Source: Coleofasciculus sp. B1-GNL1-01 (GTDB taxonomy: Bacteria > Cyanobacteriota > Cyanobacteriia > Cyanobacteriales > Coleofasciculaceae). Taken from it: a stretch of 13,721 nucleotides of DNA. Under the pieces are notes generated by a model. The model ran no database searches and was not told where the DNA came from. It saw only the letters and a program-made list of their open reading frames with translations. The position numbers and the translations under genes were made by a program. This document shows positions 8,203 through 13,721 of the stretch, one piece after another (the stretch's first letter is position 1; every line of letters starts with the position of its first letter). Where the stretch lies: assembly GCA_040220235.1 (NCBI GenBank), contig JAVJTO010000005.1; one strand, 5' to 3'.

Positions 8203-8217
8203 TGATTATCATTGTCA
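8203..8217 (+). promoter_or_regulatory. Putative Zur box
   Basis: TGATTATCATTGTCA matches the consensus at 12/14 and lies 15 nt before ATG8233. Confidence 0.72.
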
Positions 8218-8232
8218 GAATAGGGAAAAGAA

Positions 8233-9279
8233 ATGATCAGCAGTACAACTAACTTAAAAGGTGTCGATGTTCCCCAGCGAGGAATGCCTGTCACCCTGAT
8301 TACGGGCTTCTTAGGTAGTGGCAAAACCACTTTGCTCAACTACATCCTACAAAACCGTCAGGATTTGAAGGTAGCCGTCTTAGTTAATGAATTTGGCGAT
8401 ATCAACATTGATAGCCAGCTTTTAGTTTCCGTCGAGGAAGACATGGTGGAACTGAGCAATGGCTGCATCTGCTGTACAATTAACGAAGGTTTAGTTGAAG
8501 CTGTCTATAATGTATTAGAACACAAAGACCGGATTGACTATTTGGTCATCGAAACGACGGGATTGGCTGACCCATTACCAATTATGCTGACGTTCCTGCG
8601 AGGCGATTTAAGGGAATTGACCCGCCTCGATTCGGTGTTAACAGTCGTGGATGCCGAAGCGTTCACACCAGAACATTTTGATAGCGATACCGCGTTAGAT
8701 CAGCTAATTTATGGTGACGTTATTATCCTCAACAAAACGGATTTAGTTGCCGAGGCTAAAGTTGATGAATTAGAACATTATATCCACTCCGTAAAAGCTG
8801 AAGCGAGAATTTTACAGGCACAGCAGGGTGAAGTTCCCTTACCCTTAATTTTAGATGTGGGATTAACCAATGCGGCTGACTATGCCGACAGGGAGGCGAG
8901 TGACTCTGATCACCATTCTGAACATGAGCATAATCACCATCATGAGCATGACTCTGAGGATCATGCCAATCATTTAGCTAATGATGGATTTATCTCTGTG
9001 TCTTTTCAAAGTGACCAACCCTTTATTATGGAGAGTTTCGGAGAATTTTTGAATGAGTTACCAGCCACAGTGTTTCGCGCTAAAGGTATACTCTGGTTTA
9101 AAGAAAGTGAACAGCGCCACATTTTTCAACTAAGCGGTAAACGGTGTGATTTAAAGACAGATGATTGGTCAAGTTTACCCAGCAATCAACTCGTTTTCAT
9201 TGGACGCGACTTGGATGCCAAGCAAATTCAGAGCCAACTTAAGACTTGTCTGGCATCAGAGCAAGTGTCGGTCAGATAA
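8233..9279 (+). CDS. COG0523 metallochaperone GTPase #4 with a His/acidic linker
   Basis: [26 protein letters not shown], the linker DHHSEHEHNHHHEHDSEDHANH, and CobW_C. Confidence 0.94.
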   Translation: MISSTTNLKGVDVPQRGMPVTLITGFLGSGKTTLLNYILQNRQDLKVAVLVNEFGDINIDSQLLVSVEEDMVELSNGCICCTINEGLVEAVYNVLEHKDRIDYLVIETTGLADPLPIMLTFLRGDLRELTRLDSVLTVVDAEAFTPEHFDSDTALDQLIYGDVIILNKTDLVAEAKVDELEHYIHSVKAEARILQAQQGEVPLPLILDVGLTNAADYADREASDSDHHSEHEHNHHHEHDSEDHANHLANDGFISVSFQSDQPFIMESFGEFLNELPATVFRAKGILWFKESEQRHIFQLSGKRCDLKTDDWSSLPSNQLVFIGRDLDAKQIQSQLKTCLASEQVSVR

Positions 9280-9315
9280 ATAAAAATTCTATTTTCAACA
9301 TCTCCCCTAAGAGAT

Positions 9316-9385
9316 TACAGCAGATTTCAGGTTGATAAGGTACAGCCTCAAGTCTGTGTACCTCACTTACATGAAAAGCGCTGTA
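9316..9385. mobile_element. 70-bp TA-flanked MITE-like inverted repeat
   Basis: The left arm TACAGCAGATTTCAGGTTGATAAGGTACA resembles the reverse complement of the right arm, TACAGCGCTTTTCATGTAAGTGAGGTACA. The ends are similar to those of the 6962 element. Confidence 0.65.
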
Positions 9386-9405
9386 AGAATCCTTTTTTTG
9401 CCCTG

Positions 9406-9452
9406 GCGACTAGAAGTCGCAGCTACACAAACAAAGTCCGCCTGCGCGGACT
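9406..9452. repeat. Double-hairpin dispersed repeat
   Basis: GCGACT-AGA-AGTCGC (9406-9420) and AGTCCGC-CTGC-GCGGACT (9435-9452) are joined by an A/C-rich linker and sit between convergent genes. Confidence 0.6.
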
Positions 9453-9470
9453 AGCTTATAAAGGGGGTGG

Positions 9471-11873
9471 CTAACCGGATTTGGTGTTAAACAGCCGCAT
9501 GGCGTTGAGAGTCACTAACAGAGAAGACCCCATATCCTCTAAAACCGCCATTGGCAGTCCAATTACCCCCAAAGTTCCCAGGAGAATGAACGTTCCATTC
9601 AGAACTAAAGCAATGACAATACTTTGCTGAATCACTTTAAGTGTGCGGCGACTGAGTTGGATGGCATAAGCCAAGCGCCTTAGATCGTTACCGACAAGCA
9701 CGACATCAGCGGCTTCCAGCGCAACATCGATGTTGCCGACGGCAAAACTGACATCTGCCGCAGCCAGGGCGGGAGTATCGTTAATGCCATCCCCAACCAT
9801 GCCTACCGTTCCTTTGTGGCGAAGGGTGTAAATTGCCTCAAGTTTATCTTCAGGTAGTAACTCAGCTTGATAGTCATCCATACCAACCTGTTGAGCAATC
9901 TCAGAAGCAACGGGGATGCGATCGCCTGTCAGCATCACCAGTCGCTTTAAGCCAATTCGTTTCAACAATCGTACCGCTTCAATGGATTCCAAACGGAGTC
10001 CATCTGCTAGGGCGATCGCTCCAATTAAACCTTGTCGAGTTCCAACTAGCACGGGAGTATGTCCAAGAGATTCAATCTCAGCCACCCAGGATTCCCCTGC
10101 TGCTGACAGAGGAATGTCTTGCTCTGCAAATAACCGTCGATTGCCAACCCCATAAACGGACTGTCCGAACTTTGCCCAAACTCCCTTACCGGGGATGGCT
10201 GTCAAGGTTTCTGGAGTATCTAGTTCCATTCCCTTTGCTTTCGCTGCTGTCACAATCGCCTTTGCTAGGGGATGTTCCGATTGTTGTTCTAGGGAAGCCG
10301 CAATCAGCAACACGGTGGACGCCTTCATTTCTTCCAGGTTATAGACCTGTTGTACGACAGGCATCCCCTGAGTAATCGTGCCAGTTTTATCAAAGGCGAG
10401 GGTTGTCAACCGTCCGGCTGTCTCTAGCGCATTTCCACCCTTGAATAAAACACCGTTTCGGGTTGCAGCCCCAATCGCACTCACCAGGGAAACGGGTGTA
10501 GCAATCACTAAAGCACAAGGGCAGGAAATGACTAGCAATACCAGTGCCTTATAGATCCACACATTAAACGGTTGAGCCAACACTAACGGTGGGATAAGCG
10601 CAATCCCTGCTGCCAAAGTAAGAACAATCGGCGTGTAAATGGCAGAAAAGCGATCGACCCACTGCTGGATAGGAGCGCGGCTTTCTTGGGCTTCCTCCAC
10701 TAAATGAATGATGCGGGAAACGGTTGTGTCTTTGGCGCTATGAGTTACCTGAACCTCCAAAAAGCCAGTCTGGTTCAGCGTACCTGCAAAAATGCGATCG
10801 CCTTTTTCTTTTTCTTCTGGGACAGATTCTCCCGTAATCGGAGATTGGTCAACAGCACTGATGCCAGACACCACTATGCCATCCAGTGCAATGCGTTGTC
10901 CTGGTCGGATTGTCAGCATCTCGCCAACTTGAATCTCTTCAACCGGAACTGAAACCTCTTGCCCGTTCCGCTTAACTGTTGCAGTTGGTGGAGTCAAGTC
11001 CATCAAGTCGCGAATGGCATTGCGGGTGCGACCGAGAGTGAAAGTCTGTAAGGTTGTCCCCAAGGCAAACAAGAACATAACCAGTGCGCCTTGGAACCAA
11101 AAATTCAAAATAGCCGCTCCAATCGCCGCAAGCGTCATCAGCAAGTTCATATCTGCTCGACGCAGTTTCAAGGCAATCCATGCAGCTCGTGCAACTGGCA
11201 GGAACGCAACCAGTAAGCTAACGATATAGAAGCCTTGGGCAATCCAACTGAGGGATAACAATCGTTCGGCAATCAATCCCAGCACTAAGCCCATACCACT
11301 GAAAAGAACCGTCTGTCCCCGTCGCGTCAACAGCCAGAATTGCCAACCTGTCAAGTCAGACTTGGGCGAATGCTGGTTGGTTGTCGGCTGACTAAGTTTT
11401 TGAGTAGGGGTCTTTTCCTGCGCCTGCTCAACGGTATAGCCTAGGTCAGTCACACGCTTGATGATGTCGGCTTCACGGACGTGGTGAGGGTGATAAGATA
11501 CGTTCAATCGTTCCGATGCAAAGCTGACGGATACCTCAGTGACTCCAGCCAACTGCTGCACACTCGCTTCAATCGTCTTGGCACATCCCCCACAATCCAT
11601 CCCTCTGACCTGTGCTTGCAGCGTTTTGGTGGGATTGGCTGGAGCGATATCAAGGGTGTAACCCATTTCCGTGATGCGATCGCGAATCACCCTTGCCTCG
11701 ACTTGGGATGGGTGATAAGAGACGGTAAGCTTGCCACTGGCAAAGTTGACACAAGCCTTTTCTACACCCGGTAGAAGCACTAGATTTGCCTGAATGGTTT
11801 TGGCACAGTTAGGGCAGTCCATCCCATTAACGATTGCTTGTAAGGTACTGTTCGAGGGGGTTGTTGGGTTCAT
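9471..11873 (-). CDS. Heavy-metal-translocating P1B-type ATPase (ZntA/CadA/ZiaA-like) with two N-terminal HMA domains
   Basis: GMDCPNC and GMDCGGC HMA motifs, TGES, SCPCAL, DKTGT, SEHPLA, MLTGD and GDGINDTP. ATG11873 (800 aa) is preferred over TTG11939. Confidence 0.93.
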   Translation of the reverse strand: MNPTTPSNSTLQAIVNGMDCPNCAKTIQANLVLLPGVEKACVNFASGKLTVSYHPSQVEARVIRDRITEMGYTLDIAPANPTKTLQAQVRGMDCGGCAKTIEASVQQLAGVTEVSVSFASERLNVSYHPHHVREADIIKRVTDLGYTVEQAQEKTPTQKLSQPTTNQHSPKSDLTGWQFWLLTRRGQTVLFSGMGLVLGLIAERLLSLSWIAQGFYIVSLLVAFLPVARAAWIALKLRRADMNLLMTLAAIGAAILNFWFQGALVMFLFALGTTLQTFTLGRTRNAIRDLMDLTPPTATVKRNGQEVSVPVEEIQVGEMLTIRPGQRIALDGIVVSGISAVDQSPITGESVPEEKEKGDRIFAGTLNQTGFLEVQVTHSAKDTTVSRIIHLVEEAQESRAPIQQWVDRFSAIYTPIVLTLAAGIALIPPLVLAQPFNVWIYKALVLLVISCPCALVIATPVSLVSAIGAATRNGVLFKGGNALETAGRLTTLAFDKTGTITQGMPVVQQVYNLEEMKASTVLLIAASLEQQSEHPLAKAIVTAAKAKGMELDTPETLTAIPGKGVWAKFGQSVYGVGNRRLFAEQDIPLSAAGESWVAEIESLGHTPVLVGTRQGLIGAIALADGLRLESIEAVRLLKRIGLKRLVMLTGDRIPVASEIAQQVGMDDYQAELLPEDKLEAIYTLRHKGTVGMVGDGINDTPALAAADVSFAVGNIDVALEAADVVLVGNDLRRLAYAIQLSRRTLKVIQQSIVIALVLNGTFILLGTLGVIGLPMAVLEDMGSSLLVTLNAMRLFNTKSG

Positions 11874-11957
11874 GAGACAATTGACTATTGAGCAAAGACA
11901 GGCGACCTGGATTATCGACAGCCGGGTAATTCGATACAACTCGACCTATCCGGTTCT

Positions 11958-12026
11958 CATATCAGTGACAACTGATATGTCTTCTTTAAAGCTATCATTA
12001 AATATCAGTAACAACTGATATGTCAA
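11958..12026 (-). promoter_or_regulatory. ATPase promoter with two palindromic operators (ArsR/SmtB-type)
   Basis: CATATCAGT-GACA-ACTGATATG (11958-11979) and ATATCAGT-AACA-ACTGATAT (12002-12021) form a 22/23 direct repeat with a 43-bp offset. A perfect TTGACA lies on the - strand at 12026-12021. Confidence 0.78.
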
Positions 12027-12071
12027 GCCACAAGCCTGTTAACCCCTATCAATGATTGCCAAAACTCAAGC

Positions 12072-12234
12072 CTGAAGTTCCCCCAGCCCAAAAATCAAAA
12101 CTGCTTTACCGTGCGGCTTTCGGCGATTTTTTAGCTGCATTACATGGGTACAATTTTTGAAGACTTGAGCGTTCAAACCATTACGGTATAAGGCTTGACG
12201 CTGGGTGCAGTACATTTGTATGGGGGGACTTCAG
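12072..12234. mobile_element. 163-bp MITE or internally deleted insertion sequence
   Basis: Terminal inverted repeats CTGAAGTTCCCCCA (12072-12085) and TGGGGGGACTTCAG (12221-12234) match at 13/14. No transposase and no clear target duplication are visible. Confidence 0.7.
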
Positions 12235-12304
12235 ATTAATGCTGTCGCTGGTTTACCTGGAGGCGGACTCGGGGAATCAACCTGGATTTGGTATAAATTA
12301 GGTA

Positions 12305-12339
12305 TTCCCTGTTCCCTGTTAAGAGTTCCCTGCTCCCTT
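12305..12339. repeat. STRR-type heptamer tandem repeat
   Basis: TTCCCTG TTCCCTG TTAAGAG TTCCCTG CTCCCTT, in 7-bp register. Confidence 0.65.
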
Positions 12340-12377
12340 TGGCTTTTATGAAAACAAGCAAGCCACCTCACTATCTA

Positions 12378-12821
12378 TCACTCCCTCAATTCTTTGTTAA
12401 TTAAAGCACGAATTTGTTGAATAAATTCGCTCGGTGTTTGAATCAGTAAGCCACTTTGAGCCGATACTTCTGGCGTGAAATCTTTCGTGTTTAGTGTCAG
12501 CAAACGATTGACATGACCGACTACCGCAGCAGCTAAGATGGGAGCATCTTTAGGTTCGATAATTGCTACCCATTGCTCTATCTCTGTAGTAGAAGGATTG
12601 GGTAGAATTTCAGGAGCGATAGTAGAGATAATTTGCCTAAAAACGGGAAGAGCTTTTGGCAGTTTTTTCATCAGGTTGCGCTCGCACTCGTCTACAACCT
12701 GCTCTGAAATTACAACCTTGAACAATCCAATCTCTGCCATTACAATCACGGCATGGCTAGCACCACTGGCAGAACCGCAAGCTGCAATCAATGCACTTGA
12801 ATCAAGAAATACTCTAATCAC
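12378..12821 (-). CDS. PIN-domain protein (putative toxin)
   Basis: VFLDSSALIAA, VVDE, KDAPILAAA and LLTLNTKDF carry the acidic PIN residues. The GTG start overlaps the upstream gene by 8 bp. Confidence 0.88.
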   Translation of the reverse strand: MIRVFLDSSALIAACGSASGASHAVIVMAEIGLFKVVISEQVVDECERNLMKKLPKALPVFRQIISTIAPEILPNPSTTEIEQWVAIIEPKDAPILAAAVVGHVNRLLTLNTKDFTPEVSAQSGLLIQTPSEFIQQIRALINKELRE

Positions 12822-13119
12822 GGTGCTGAGATTCTTCCCAAATGGTTTGCCTCTCTTCCTGTAACCCTTCTAATAAGTCTCCTAAACTAACCTGGCTGGT
12901 ATTCATTAGGGAGACAAAGCGATCGGCAATAGAACTAACTTGAGGCTGTCTAGGAACAAGTAAAACCAACTCCCCAATTTGCAGCAACAGTAACGAAATT
13001 TCTGGACTCACCTGTAAGCTATCCAAAACCTCTTGTGGAAGTGTTACTTGACCTGCTTCAGCAATTGACAAAGGAAATGTCTTAATCGTAAGTTCTTGGT
13101 CTTTTGATAGATTACTCAT
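12814..13119 (-). CDS. AbrB/MazE-like putative antitoxin
   Basis: SIAEAGQVTLPQEVLDSLQV resembles the AbrB swapped-hairpin motif. The gene has an acidic C-terminus and lies directly upstream of the PIN gene. ATG13119 (101 aa) is preferred. Confidence 0.72.
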   Translation of the reverse strand: MSNLSKDQELTIKTFPLSIAEAGQVTLPQEVLDSLQVSPEISLLLLQIGELVLLVPRQPQVSSIADRFVSLMNTSQVSLGDLLEGLQEERQTIWEESQHRD

Positions 13120-13184
13120 CGTTCTAGCCGATAGTCTGGATAATAAGCTTGTCGGTTCTCTAAATCGGCGACGGTAAGTGACAT
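13116..13184 (-). pseudogene. 5' remnant of a Uma2-family (DUF820) endonuclease gene
   Basis: MSLTVADLENRQAYYPDYRLER* resembles cyanobacterial Uma2 N-termini (MSLTxxDLExLQxxxPDYRMEL). A GGAGG ribosome-binding site lies at 13193-13189. Confidence 0.6.
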
Positions 13185-13310
13185 ACTGCCTCCAACCGAT
13201 ATTCGCGTTCTGCATCTATTGTGCCATCGCCACCCACTACTCTGTCCATGTTTGTTGCCGATGAGGGCTGCCCAAATGCTACTTAGAAGGAATGGCACGC
13301 TGATTAAGGC

Positions 13311-13331
13311 TGGTGGGCAGTACCCATCCTA
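13311..13331. repeat. Degenerate REP-like hairpin
   Basis: The - strand reads TAGGATGGGTACTGCCCACCA, resembling the (G)TAGGGTGGGCAnTGCCCACC palindromes. It lies just downstream of the Crp gene. Confidence 0.5.
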
Positions 13332-13354
13332 TGCTAGATCAAGGTTTTGGCGCT

Positions 13355-13721
13355 TCAAAGCAAATTTTCAGTATCATTGTACTGAGAATGTTCACCAGTG
13401 GTGAGGATGAGATTTCGATGCGATCGCACAATCCTCCCTTCCTGTTCCAACCGATTGATTAGGCGAGTTACGGTTACCCGAGTAGTCCCAATCGTTTCGG
13501 CAATATCCTGATGAGTCAGGTGAAAGTTCAGCAATTTACCCTGAGGAACTGTTTGTCCAAATTGACAGGATAGCCATTCTAACAGATGCAGCAGGCGGGC
13601 ATAGGCAGAGTGCTGATGTAGAATATTCAATAGTTCTTCGCTTTTGCAAGCATGAATCAGTAACGCCTCTGGTAACGATTGACTCTCTAAAGGGATTTGA
13701 CTTGCCTGTACTCGAGTCAAA
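13355..13721 (-). CDS. Crp/Fnr-family transcriptional regulator, C-terminal part (start lies beyond the window)
   Basis: ARLLHLLEWL..FG....LTHQDIAETIGTTRVTVTRLINRLEQEG is a Crp-type helix-turn-helix. Confidence 0.88.
   Translation of the reverse strand, partial: LTRVQASQIPLESQSLPEALLIHACKSEELLNILHQHSAYARLLHLLEWLSCQFGQTVPQGKLLNFHLTHQDIAETIGTTRVTVTRLINRLEQEGRIVRSHRNLILTTGEHSQYNDTENLL

Larger units (their letters stand above)
2474..13427. repeat. HIP1 octamers (GCGATCGC), dispersed
   Basis: Copies read by eye start at 2474, 3063, 4956, 5894, 7883, 9918, 10012, 10794, 11676 and 13420. Confidence 0.85.

Noticed and set aside
1612..9279. Naming the GTPases cobW
   Set aside because: No cobalamin biosynthesis genes are nearby and I saw no B12 riboswitch. 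Zur boxes point to zinc, so no gene symbol is assigned.
9833..11774. Antisense and alternate-frame ORFs over the ATPase and other genes (for example 9833-10375, 5672-5968, 271-570)
   Set aside because: They overlap well-supported genes and show no recognisable motifs, so they are shadow ORFs.
11959..12024. CRISPR mini-array interpretation of the 23-bp direct repeat
   Set aside because: There are only two copies with a 20-bp gap, no cas genes, and overlap with a -35 element. An operator pair explains it better.
11995..12026. MerR-type long-spacer promoter for the ATPase
   Set aside because: No convincing -10 at 19-20 bp spacing, and a second downstream operator fits a repressor better. It is not fully excluded.

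Overview
Cyanobacterial DNA (about ten HIP1 GCGATCGC sites plus repeats typical of filamentous cyanobacteria) carrying a metal-homeostasis island that looks like a Zur zinc-starvation regulon. On the + strand: 5'-truncated SLH/OprB-type porin, COG0523 GTPase #1, WD40 protein, a small CxxxxC protein, an uncalled CbiO (ECF ATPase) remnant, a DUF1830 gene, an internally deleted hemB, COG0523 #2, folE, COG0523 #3 and COG0523 #4. Zur-like 7-1-7 boxes lie 13-15 nt upstream of three of the start codons. Converging on the - strand are a two-HMA P1B ATPase with an atypical membrane metal site and a tandem palindromic operator, a PIN/AbrB-like toxin-antitoxin pair preceded by a 22-codon Uma2-like remnant, and the 3' end of a Crp/Fnr regulator. 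Several MITE-like and REP-like elements fill the intergenic gaps, and one appears to split a promoter. Most parts belong to known families. The unusual aspects are the four-paralog metallochaperone array with very different His linkers, the altered ATPase site, and the signs of gene decay. All family calls come from motif recognition, not database searches.
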